This document shows positions 10,205-22,002 of a stretch of DNA of 64,000 nucleotides, one piece after another; within the stretch, counting starts at the first letter, position 1, and each line of letters starts with the position of its first letter. The DNA is from Eledone cirrhosa. Taxonomy: Eukaryota. The stretch lies in NCBI GenBank assembly GCA_964016885.1, contig OZ024740.1, positions 435,488,001 through 435,552,000 of the forward strand, given 5' to 3'. The position numbers were made by a program, and so were the translations under genes. The notes under the pieces are model-generated. The model was given only the letters and a program-made list of their open reading frames with translations. It was not told where the DNA came from and did not search any database.

Positions 10205-10750
10205 GTATATTTTTTTGACCGGCCACCTTCCTGGTGGCAAGGTTGTAAAAGAAAAGAAATTGTCATCCCTTGAATCGCAAGAATGTTTTGCAAATTTTGA
10301 AGGTGCCAGCTATGGCAGCCATTTGTAGACTATGAAGTAGGGAGTTGCGCTCTTTGTCCGCAAATCCAAGTTCAGTCATACGTTGGTCCAAGTGGGTTGG
10401 TATATAACCCGTAGCTCCAATAATGATGGGTATGAAGCTAAAGGTGTATCTTGGATACTGAATCTGCAAAATCCTCACCAGTAGTCCGTAGATGTCCTCC
10501 TCTTGTATTTTTCTTACATCAAGTGGACAGCTGATCTCCACAACAGCACACGTTTTCAATATGAGGTCCCAAACAATATATCAGACCGGTTGTGCTTTAA
10601 TTTGGTGACAGTTTTTATTTTCAGGTTCCACCAATATTCCTTAGTGCCATCTGTCTCAATATATTCCTTCTTATTTGTTTCTAATTTTCTTTTCCTAAGT
10701 GCGCTCCATGTATGTTCTTTTGGTTTCATAATTTTATAGATTTTTACCAA
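10205..10750 (-). mobile_element. Non-LTR retrotransposon 3' fragment with restriction-like endonuclease (R4/Dong-like), frameshifted
   Basis: YWWNLKIKT...HNRSDIL plus KTCAVVEISCPLD...YGLL...IPIIIGATGYIP...LQMAAIAGTFKICKTFL matches the RPD...PD-(D/E)xK RLE C-terminus. Confidence 0.78.
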
Positions 10751-10835
10751 TAGAAACAGAAGGGTCGGTTTCTATTAATATAATGTGGTGGTGGTTACAG
10801 TAGTAGTAGTGGTTCCACCAGATTTATTTGACATT

Positions 10836-12342
10836 ACAGTTATATTAACCCTTCCTAACATAAACAGTTATATTAACCCCTCCCAACATAAAGTTATATT
10901 AACCCCTCCCAACATAAACAGTTATATTAACCCTCCTAACATAAACAGTTATATTAACCCCTCCTAACATAAACAGTTATATTAACCCCTCCCAACATAA
11001 ACAGTTATATTAACCCCTCCCAACATAAACAGTTATATTAATCCCTCCCAACATAAACAGTTATATTAATCCCTCCTAACATAAACAGTTATATTAACCC
11101 CTCCCAACATAAACAGTTATATTAATCCCTTCTAACATAAACAGTTATATTAACCCCTCCCAACATAAACAGTTATATTAACCCCTCCCAACATAAACAG
11201 TTATATTAATCCCTTCTAACATAAACAGTTATATTAACCCCTCCCAACATAAACAGTTATATTAATCCCTCCCAACATAAACAGTTATATTAACCCCTTC
11301 CAACATAAACAGTTATATTAACCCCTCCTAACATAAAGTTATATTAACCCCTAACAACATAGTTATATTAATCCCTCCCAACATAAACAGTTATATTAAC
11401 CCCTCCCAACATAAACAGTTATATTAACCCCTCCCAACATAAACAGTTATATTAATCCCTCCCAACATAAACAGTTATATTAACCCCTTCCAACATAAAC
11501 AGTTATATTAACCCCTCCCAACATAAACAGTTATATTAACCCCTCCCAACATAAACAGTTATATTAACCCCTCCCAACATAGTTATATTAATCCCTCCCA
11601 ACATAAACAGTTATATTAACCCCTCCCAACATAGTTATATTAATCCCTCCCAACATAAACAGTTATATTAATCCCTCCCAACATAAACAGTTATATTAAT
11701 CCCTCCTAACATAAACAGTTATATTAACCCCTCCCAACATAAACAGTTATATTAATCCCTTCTAACATAAACAGTTATATTAACCCCTCCCAACATAAAC
11801 AGTTATATTAACCCCTCCCAACATAAACAGTTATATTAATCCCTTCTAACATAAACAGTTATATAACCCCTCCCAACATAAACAGTTATATTAATCCCTC
11901 CCAACATAAACAGTTATATTAACCCCTTCCAACATAAACAGTTATATTAACCCCTCCTAACATAAACAGTTATATTAACCCCTCCTAACATAAAGTTATA
12001 TTAACCCCTACCAACATAGTTATATTAATCCCTCCCAACATAAACAGTTATATTAACCCCTCCCAACATAAACAGTTATATTAATCCCTCCCAACATAAA
12101 CAGTTATATTAACCCCTCCCAACATAAACAGTTATATTAACCCCTCCCAACATAAACAGTTATATTAACCCCTCCCAACATAGTTATATTAATCCCTCCC
12201 AATATAAACAGTTATATTAACCCCTCCCAACATAAACAGTTATATTAACCCCTCCCAACATAGTTATATTAATCCCTCCCAACATAAACAGTTATATTAA
12301 CCCCTCCTAACATAAACAGTTATATTAACCCCTTCCAACATA
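10836..12342. repeat. 28-bp minisatellite, ~54 copies
   Basis: Unit gttatattaacccctcccaacataaaca, with 24-27-bp deletion variants. Confidence 0.97.
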
Positions 12343-12930
12343 ATCACTATAGCAGACTACATTAACATATATCTTCAGCAATGTTTCTATAGATGTCTGC
12401 TTCTCCAATATTTGCTGTTAAATAGGAATCTATGTCTGGTCGTGTTCACTCAAAATAGTTACATAATTAAAAGTAATTTTATATAATTTCTTTTGTTGGA
12501 ACCTTCCACACCAAATTAAGTCATTTATAAGACTTCTAAAAAGAATTCTTATTTTCACAGAATTATAAGCTTTCAGCTTTGTTCCATTTTCTTTTCTCTT
12601 TATATTATTTCTTCCTTTCATTTGTCTTTCTTTCTTTCCTTTCTCCTTTCTTTCTTTCCTTTCTCCTTTCTTCTTCTCTCAATATTTATAAATATGGTGG
12701 TTATTATGATTGTCATCAGTATAAGTCTTCTCACATCACAATTTCCAGTCTGGTCACTTGAGGAAAAGCTATTTCAATGAGAAAAAGAATCAAATATTGT
12801 CAACACAACAGATTACATAGAACTGAGTGAAGGAGTTAAACTGTTCTTATTAAATCATCAAATCATATGTGTGTGTCTGTAGAATTGTATAGATAGGTAG
12901 GTGGATAGGTAGGTAGGTGGATAGATAGAT

Positions 12931-13127
12931 ATCTTTCTTTATTTGCCACAGGGGCGTACAAAAATAGGACTTTACAAGACGTGGCAGCGGGGGTTTTACA
13001 TAAAATCTTTAACAATAATAATGGATAACAATAAAATATATACAAAATAAAACAATCGAAATCTCTAATAGGGGGAACGTTAGTGCGGGGTTGTTTTACA
13101 CCCTGTGGATAAAACAACCCTCAATGT
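12931..13127 (-). mobile_element. Tx1-like LINE 3' UTR fragment
   Basis: Similar to the 3' UTR at 13154-13330 (ctttatt(t/a)gccacaggggc...gaaatc..caatagggg...gggttgt...acaccctg). Embedded in (GATA/GGTA)n. Confidence 0.7.
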
Positions 13128-13153
13128 GGATAGATAGATAGGTGGATAGATAA

Positions 13154-15960
13154 ATTTCTTTATTAGCCACAAGGGCACAAAAGAAGGGGACAAATACAAA
13201 TGGGGAGTTTACATACAGGTATATGAAAATAAAACTATTAATAAAATAACAAATAACAATTGAAATCCCCAATAGAGGGAGGCGTTACACAGGGGTTGTA
13301 CACACCCTGAAAAAATGTACAGCCCTCATCTCCAGGAGCACCAAGAGTGAGTACTCCCTTCCTCTCTGCCTCTTTTTCCTCAACCTACAGGCTTATATAG
13401 AGAGAAGGCCCAACCACTCGGGCCATCTTTGCTACATTCACCCACCTTTTATAAAATTTGCTGGGGTACAGCACCTCTCTCTCCATCCTGATTCTTCTTC
13501 CAAAATGATATTTGAAAAAAAACGAATCAGTTGCTCGCCGGAGAGAAAAGTGTCTGACTTCGGCCATTTTAATCTCGTCCACCATATAACCTCTTTCACC
13601 ATAGCCATAACACATAGGAAAACCGCCTCTCCCTCGTTTTTGAAGGAGGGTGGCAGTATGATCATGACATTGGACTCGGTGGTCAACTGGATTGGTCCCA
13701 CCCGCAACAATAGTCGTTCTACATAGCCCCACAGGTTGGTAACGTCGGCAGTGTACAAATGCGTGTACGACGGTTTCCTCGCCGCACACGCTTCTCGGAC
13801 AGATCTTTTTCGAAGGGTCCCTGCCCGGGCGCCGGTGTCTGTAGAGCTTGTCTCGAACTGGTAGAGCTCCTCGGTAGCACTGCCAGGCCAGGGACTTTTG
13901 GAAGTTGTCCATTGGTCCTGGGCGGAAGGTCCTACCGAACAGACTGGCCAGTTCGTCCTCCTCTACGCATAGAGTTTCTCCAAGTGCGTCGTCGCACTTG
14001 CTGCGGACTAACCCTCTATAGAATGTCGAAGTGGAGTCTCCACTGATCGCCGAGTCCGTTTGCCAGAGGACTGTGAGTGCCTGAGCACATTCGGTGTGCC
14101 AGTCGCCCATTTTCCTCGGTCTTTGCTTGACCCAGAACTGCAGCTCGGTCAGCGAGACGAGTTGTGGGAAGGCTCGCCTCACGAACGGAGCCCACACCGG
14201 TTGTCCGGTGAGGAATACGTGGAGGTGCCGCAGCCTGAGCGCATGTTTGCGCATTGTCAGCCACGGCATCCCCAGCCCTCCGTTTGAAGGGTGTTGGCAG
14301 CAGAAGGATCTTCTCACCAAAGGAGCCCGTTTCTTCCAAAGGAATTGGAAGAGCGCGCGCTCCATTTTGGTGAGCGTTTTGGCTGGACAAGGCACGACGG
14401 TCAAGCGGTAGTAGATGACGGTTGTTATAAAAGTGTTCGCCACCTCCGCTCGACCTTTCAAGGATAGTTTGCACTCGGCCCACTTCTGGGTGAGCGCAAA
14501 CACCTTGGCCGTCACATCGTTCCAGTTCTTCTCCACCTGGAGGTCCGGACCAAACCAGACCCCGAGCAGCTTTACCGGTCCTTCCGTCCAGCGTCCGACG
14601 ACGCCATCGGAAGGCATTGGTCTTCCTCTCCACGTTCCGAGTTGCAAACCGACGGATTTGTCACGGTTCAGCTTCGCTCCTGTGAACCTTTCGTATTCCT
14701 CCAGTAAGGTGCCGACCTCCCTGATTTGCGAGGTGCTCGACACCATTACTGACACGTCGTCGGCGTAGGCCGACGCCGCTTTTCGCAGTCCCGGTTCCAA
14801 AGGGATGCCATGCAATAGCTCCAACTTCTGCAGTAGTGGCTCGAGAGTCAGTACGTACAGAAGGGAGGAGAGAGGGCATCTCTGTCGGATGGAACGGCTC
14901 CGAGAGGTAGCCGTTCACCTTGAGCAGATGTTGCTGCTGTGCATTGCAGCAATCCAGCCCCTGAACACGGGTCCGAAGCCTGCCGCCTTGAGCACTGCAG
15001 CCAGGTAACGATGGTCAACCCTATCGAAAACCTTAGACTGATCCAAGTTGATCAGGGCCCCACCAAAGCCGGGTTTACACCCTACCCTTTCTATGATGTA
15101 TCGCATGAGGTGGAGATTGTCGTGTATGGACCTGGTCGGGATTGCGCATGTCTGCGCTTCTCCCACCAGGTTTTCGACGACAAGCGCCAGCCTCTTTGCC
15201 AACACCTTGGCCAAAATCTGTAACTCTGTGTTGAGCAGAGTTATGGGCTGGAAGTTGCCTATGTCATTCCCCTTATTCTCGTCCTTCCTGACTAACGTGA
15301 CTACGCCCTTGGTCACAGAACTGGGAATTCTCCCGTTCTGCTGCCAGTTGCAGTAGACCGCTTCCAGGAGACCGGAGAACAAGTCTGGCATTGGTACATA
15401 AAATTCGTAGGGTAGACCGTCGAGACCTGGAGATTTGCGGTTACTGCATTGGCTCAGAGCGTCCACTATCTCAGCGGCCGAAATCGGCCTTTCGCACAAC
15501 TTCGCCTCGCTGTCCGAGAGTCGCGGTAGGCCGTCGAGGTATGAACCAAAATCCATAGCCCCTCCCGGCGCGAAGCCCTGCCTGAACAGTTGAGCAAAGT
15601 GCCGCTGAAAGGCCGCGCACATTTGCTTCGGCTCACGTATCACGCGCCCGTCTTAGTCCTTCAAAGACCGAATCGTGGACTTGTTGCCACTTTTCGCCTC
15701 CGACACTCGGGCCCAGCTAACAGCTTTGGCTCCCTTGTTTCCCAGAGCACGTATTTTGCTTTTGACAACGCAGCCTTCATGCTTTGCGCCGAAGAACTGG
15801 TCCAAGGCCGTTCTCGTCGCTAGCACGCTGGCTACGTTGCCACTCCTAAGTGCCTCTTCTACTTTATCTACCAGTTCCTTTTCGGTTTTAGTTCTATCTA
15901 ACACTAATTCTTTACTAAAACCTATCGAGTCTAATCTAACTGCCCTCTTGAGAGAGTACC
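13154..15960 (-). mobile_element. L1/Tx1-clade LINE ORF2 (RT + C-terminal CCHC-type Zn finger), 5'-truncated and frameshifted
   Basis: Motifs KSPGLDGLPYEFY, FQPITLLNTELQILAKVLAKRL, QTCAIPTRSIHDN, LDQSKVFDRVDH, AYADDV, VKLLGVWFG, GGLGMP and CPRSVCGEETVVHAFVHC are spread over ORFs 15653-16138, 14915-15643, 13385-14824 and 13438-13758. Confidence 0.93.
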
Positions 15961-17029
15961 AGATAGATAGGTGATTAGAGAGGTAGGTGATTAGATAGGT
16001 AGAGAGGTAGGTAGGTGGATAGATGGGTAGGTAGGTGGGTGGGTGGCTAGGTAGATAGGTAGGTGGGTAGGTAGATAGGTAGGTAGGTGGGTAGGTAGGT
16101 AGGTGGATCCCACCCCTCTCCAGGTCTGAATACAGCATATTTCTTCCAGAGAAGGGTAGAGAGGGTGAGAGAAAGGAAGCGAGAAAGAGATATAGAGGAA
16201 GAATCGACCCCAGTATTAGACTGGTACTTTATCAACCTGGGATGAAAGGTAAAGTTGATATAGATATGTAATTTAAAAGCTTTGTATAAGTGTGGAATGT
16301 GTCAATAATAGAGTAAAACTGAAGAAGGCTGTGGTGAAACTGGCTTCATGTTTCATCATCGAGTTAGTTAGAAAATTGCTATTTATTAATGGAGGATTGG
16401 CAGTATCGGTAGAGCGTCAGACATTATGCTTTGCAGCATAGAGTTATGGCCCTTTACGTTCTGATTTTAAATCCCTCCGAGGTTAGCGTTGTCTTTCATC
16501 CTTACGGAGTTGATAAATTAAAGTACCAGTAATGCACTGGGGTCGATTTAATCGACATTCCTCTAAAGTGAGGAGTAATACATGTACCAGTAATATACTA
16601 GAGTTAATACCATTCTTTACACGACACAGCTGCTGTTTCTGCTTTAAAGAAATAGTTAGAATCATTAATTCATTTGAGCCTAATTTGAATTCAATTAAAT
16701 GTTAATTAGTTAATTAGGATTGTCTTTCCTCTTTCCTCTTCTCCCCTCCCCCTCCTCTCGCTATAAAATCCGAGCTATAGCTAACCGTGTTAAGTCCGAT
16801 ACTAAGTTATGTCCCTTGCTGTATTATCAAATATTTCACTCCACTTCCAACGTTCAGCTGTCATATTACGAAACCTGCTGCAATCTGCCCCAGCTGGAGT
16901 CTTAACTAAGCTGACTTAATGGACATTAAATTCCTTCAGTTTAATTATAAACAACCAGCAAGAAGGTAGTAAAGATCAACAGATCAATATGATAGTTCAA
17001 ATATTATATATTTCAATAATTTATATATA

Positions 17030-17452
17030 AATATAAGTATGTATACGTACATACATATATGTATACAGCCGTGCAGTAGTATGTATATATACATACATGC
17101 ACACACATATATATATATGTATGTATGGATTCACCAAAGGAAGGTATACGTTGCTGACGATAGCTAACATGCTTGAAACTAGTACAGCGTTCCTTTGTCA
17201 GTGTTGAACAAACGAGCAACGGTGGTTGCTAGACACTACGGCTTAATAAAGGATGTTTGTTTACAAATACACCGAGCATTATAATACTTGTTTGGTGAAT
17301 CCATACGTACATATATATATGTGTGCATGTATGTATATATATATACATACTACTGTACGTCTTTATATGTATGTACGTATACATACTTATATTTAAGTAA
17401 CAGCCGTACTAAGAGTGGGAAATGAAATTTCGTTTCATTTTTTCCGTTTATA
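17030..17452. mobile_element. HHR family B element with an inverted terminal segment
   Basis: 17139-17450(+) is homologous to 8609-8870 plus 8385-8500. Bases 17030-17137 are an inverted copy of ~17292-17395. Confidence 0.85.
17148..17190 (+). ncRNA. Minimal type-I hammerhead ribozyme, family B
   Basis: acgttg-CTGACGA-tagctaacatgctt-GAAA-ctag-TA-cagcgt. Confidence 0.82.
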
Positions 17453-18630
17453 TATAAATATATATATACATATATTAATAAAAATAATGAATAAAATCAA
17501 AGAAACAGTTCCTTATATTTAAAAATTCATCATTTTACGATCGTTTCTAGGATATATATATGTGTGTGTTGGTATGTATATCATATAGATCTATGTAAAA
17601 TTTTTACAAACTATCAGAGGGAATATACATACCTACACATATATATGCTGTCTTCAGAAATAATTGTTTCTACTTTAGGCACAAGGCCAGCAATTACCCA
17701 GTGCATTACTGGTACTTTATTTTATCGACCCCGTAAGGATGAAAGGCAAAGTCAACCTCGGCGGGATTTGAACTCAGATCGTAAAGGGACGTAACTATGC
17801 TGGAAAGCATGGCGTCTGACCCTCTACCGATACTGCCAATCCACTCAGAAATAATTGTTTCTACTTTAGGCACAAGGCCAGCAATTACCCAGTGCATTAC
17901 TGAATGATATGTTTATTGAAAAAAAACAACAAAGATTTAATATAATAGGTCTGTTTGGGAACAGGTTTTGAATTGACCAATAGAAAGGTAGTAAGTGGTC
18001 AAGATGATAGAATAGTAGTAATAGAAATTTAATTTAGGGGTAGAGGAAAGCAGACTTCAGTTTTGAATGGAAAGAGTATTTTGAATGAAAAGATTATTTG
18101 GGGATGAAAATAGGTCAAGCCGGTGAAAGGTACACGAAAATTTGATGTTATAAAAGAATAATGCTAATGTTAAAATCTAAGGAGAATGAAATTTTACGAT
18201 AAATGTGTTAGTGAAAAATATCAATCTTATTTAAAACAAGGAATTTACATCTATAAAAAGAAAATAAATTAATTTAATTGATAGGTATATTTATATTGAT
18301 ACATTTATATTAATTCATATAGATATGATAAATAAGAGTTAGATGTAATTGAAGAATGTTAAAAACGAAGGGAAAAGAAAAAAAAAATAATAATAATAAT
18401 TGGGGGGGGGGGGTAAATGTATTAGTGAGAAATAACAAATTTATATAGATTATAAGGAGTATAGATTCATAACCTGAAATAGTTTATATGTATACTTATT
18501 GGTATAAATTTTAGGAAAAGATAGCTGTAAAAGGGAAATAAAATTATGCAGTTCGTAGTAGTAGAATATTAATTATAGGTTAAATAATTAAAAAAAAAAA
18601 TGTTTATTATATTAATTTGTAAAGTGTATA

Positions 18631-18954
18631 TTAATTAGGTTTATAATATTTAAAAGTTCTTCTAATTTTATGATTACATGATATAATTAATTCTTGTCGC
18701 TTATTTAATAGGATATCCTTAGATTTCATTATTTCAAAAACTTCCTGGGAACATAATCTACATTCATATCTATTATTTTGATAAGGGGTGGCCCTTTTGA
18801 GCACACTCCAGGTCAGGTTATAATCAATATTCTTTTTTCTATAATTATTAATTATTTCAGCTAAGGATGTTGTATTAGCTAATGCGGCATTTTTAAAACT
18901 GTGTTAGTGGGTATTAAATCTTACTTTAAATTGGTTAGAAGTTGCTCCTATATT
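18631..18954 (-). pseudogene. Third Naiad-type PLE relic: GIY-YIG C-terminal half, with its AT-rich 3' UTR running to ~17905
   Basis: Manual translation gives IGATSNQFKVRFNTH*HSFKNAALANTTSLAEIINNYRKKNIDYNLTWSVLKRATPYQNNRYECRLCSQEVFEIMKSKDILLNKRQELIISCNHKIRRTFKYYKPN*, with one in-frame TAA. Confidence 0.9.
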
Positions 18955-19019
18955 TGAATAATATATATATATATATAAAAAAAAAATATATGTATATATA
19001 TATATACATATATATATAA

Positions 19020-19051
<32 letters not shown>

Positions 19052-19110
19052 CGATGATGATGATGATATAATGAATAAAAATAACCAGGATTAAATTGAA
19101 TTATTTAATT

Positions 19111-19177
19111 GATTGATGAATATTTCAATCAATGTAACAGGAATATTCATTCTTGCTGTATTGATCTCCTCAGAATC
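19111..19177 (-). ncRNA. Type-I hammerhead ribozyme, family D
   Basis: gatt-CTGAGGA-gatcaat...attgatt-GAAA-tattca-TC-aatc. Helix II is extended and the triplet is AUC. Confidence 0.78.
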
Positions 19178-19194
19178 TATTAAATAATAGGCTC

Positions 19195-19249
<55 letters not shown>

Positions 19250-19256
19250 ATATGTG

Positions 19257-19300
<44 letters not shown>

Positions 19301-19479
19301 CACATAGACACACACACATACACATATATATCATCATCATCGTTTACAATCCATTTTCTGCACTGGCATCGGTAGGATGTGCCATCCTATTTGAGACATC
19401 CAGGTAAGAGGACTGTGTCTTGCTCATTCACCACTGTTTTTGGCTTGGTTTCTACAGCTGGATGCCCTTCCTAATGCCA

Positions 19480-21070
19480 ACCACTTTACATTGTGGACTG
19501 GGTACTTTTTATTGTGACACCCACACAACCACATTTACAGTGTGAACTGGGTACTTTTTATTGTGACACCCACACGACCACATTTACATTGTGGACTGGG
19601 TACTTTTTATTGTGACACCCACACAACCACATTTACATTGTGGACTGGGTACTTTTTATTGTGACACCCACACGACCACATTTACATTGTGGACTGGGTA
19701 CTTTTTATTGTGACACCCACACAACCACATTTACAGTGTGGACTGGGTGCTTTTTATTGTGACACCCACACGACCACATTTACATTGTGGACTGGGTACT
19801 TTTTATTGTGACACCCACACAACCACATTTACAGTGTGGACTGGGTGCTTTTTATTGTGACACCCACACAACCACATTTACAGTGTGGACTGGGTACTTT
19901 TTATTGTGACACCCACACAACCACATTTACATTGTGGACTGGGTACTTTTTATTGTGACACCCACACGACCACATTTACATTGTGGACTGGGTACTTTTT
20001 ATTGTGACACCCACACAACCACATTTACAGTGTGGACTGGGTACTTTTTATTGTGACACCCACACGACCACATTTACATTGTGGACTGGGTACTTTTTAT
20101 TGTGACACCCACACGACCACATTTACATTGTGGACTGGGTACTTTTTATTGTGACACCCACACGACCACATTTACATTGTGGACTGGGTGCTTTTTATTG
20201 TGACACCCACACGACCACATTTACATTGTGGACTGGGTGCTTTTTATTGTGACACCCACACGACCACATTTACATTGTGGACTGGGTGCTTTTTATTGTG
20301 ACACCCACACGACCACATTTACAGTGTGGACTGGGTACTTTTTATTGTGACACCCACACGACCACATTTACATTGTGGACTGGGTGCTTCTTATTGTGAC
20401 ACCCACACGACCACATTTACATTGTGGACTGGGTGCTTTTTATTGTGACACCCACACGACCACATTTACATTGTGGACTGGGTGCTTTTTATTGTGACAC
20501 CCACACGACCACATTTACAGTGTGGACTGGGTGCTTTTTATTGTGACACCCACACAACCACATTTACAGTGTGGACTGGGTACTTTTTATTGTGACACCC
20601 ACACAACCACATTTACAGTGTGGATTGGGTGTTTTTTATTGTGACACCCACACAACCACATTTACAGTGTGGACTGGGTACTTTTTATTGTGACACCCAC
20701 ACAACCGCATTTACATTGTGGATTGGGTGCTTTTTATTGTGACACCCACACGACCACATTTACATTGTGGACTGGGTACTTTTTATTGTGACACCCACAC
20801 GACCACATTTACATTGTGGACTGGGTACTTTTTATTGTGACACCCACACAACCACATTTACATTGTGGACTGGGTACTTTTTATTGTGACACCCACACAA
20901 CCACATTTACAGTGTGATTGGGTGCTTTTTATTGTGACACCTACACGACCACATTTACATTGTGGACTGGGTGCTTCTTATTGTGACACCCACACAACCA
21001 CATTTACATTGTGGACTGGGTGCTTCTTATTGTGACACCTACACGACCACTTTAGAGTGTGGACTGGGCA
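19480..21070. repeat. 49-bp minisatellite, ~32 copies, derived from SINE internal sequence
   Basis: Unit gtggactgggtactttttattgtgacacccacacgaccacatttacatt. The array is continuous with a SINE at 19330-19500, which carries the ggatgcccttcctaa motif. Confidence 0.96.
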
Positions 21071-21149
21071 CTGTCTGCGATTTAAAAAGAAAATTTTGTT
21101 AGACATTGCATCTACTACCACCACTGCCTTCTCTCTCTCTCTCTACCCC

Positions 21150-21180
<31 letters not shown>

Positions 21181-21396
21181 GCGCACACATACACACACAC
21201 ACACACTCAGACACATGCACCACCAAAATACATAAGTAGAAGTGTCACAGTAAACTAGGTCCTAACTACAGAACTACAGACAAAGGTTTTATGTCCATTT
21301 TTATTGTTATAACTTGTAAGAAGGAAGATTATTCTGATCGCTTCAGTCGTTTCAGGTGTAAATGGAAATCATTCTCTATGGTTGAATGTTTTCTCT

Positions 21397-22002
21397 GACA
21401 ACTGTGGCAGCTGTGACAGCTGTGACAGCTGTGACAACTGTGGCAGCTGTGACAACTGTGGCAGCTGTGGCAGCTGTGACAACTGTGGCAGCTGTGACAA
21501 CTGTGACAACTGTGGCAGCTGTGACAACTGTGGCAGCTGTGACAACTGGCAGCTGTGACAACTGTGGCAGCTGTGACAACTGTGGCAGCTGTGACAGCTG
21601 TGGCAGCTGTAACAACTGTGGCAGCTGTGACAACTGTGGCAGCTGTGACAACTGTGGCAGCTGTGACAACTGTGACAACTGTGGCAGCTGTGACAACTGG
21701 CAGCTGTGACAACTGTGGCAGCTGTGACAACTGTGGCAGCTGTGACAACTGTGGCAGCTGTGGCAGCTGTGACAACTGTGGCAGCTGTGACAGCTGTGGC
21801 AGCTGTGACAACTGGCAGCTGTGACAACTGTGGCAGCTGTGACAGCTGTGGCAGCTGTGACAACTGGCAGCTGTGACAACTGTGGCAGCTGTGACAGCTG
21901 TGGCAGCTGTGACAACTGGCAGCTGTGACAACTGTGGCAGCTGTGACAGCTGTGGCAGCTGTAACAACTGTGATAGCTGTGACAACTGTGGCAGCTGTGA
22001 CA
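21397..22002. repeat. 9/18-bp minisatellite (actgtggca-gctgtgaca)
   Basis: Direct tandem repeat; the overlapping ORFs are repeat translations. Confidence 0.97.

Noticed and set aside
16315-16365. CTGAAGA...GAAAC possible hammerhead
   Set aside because: Helices II and I could not be paired convincingly.
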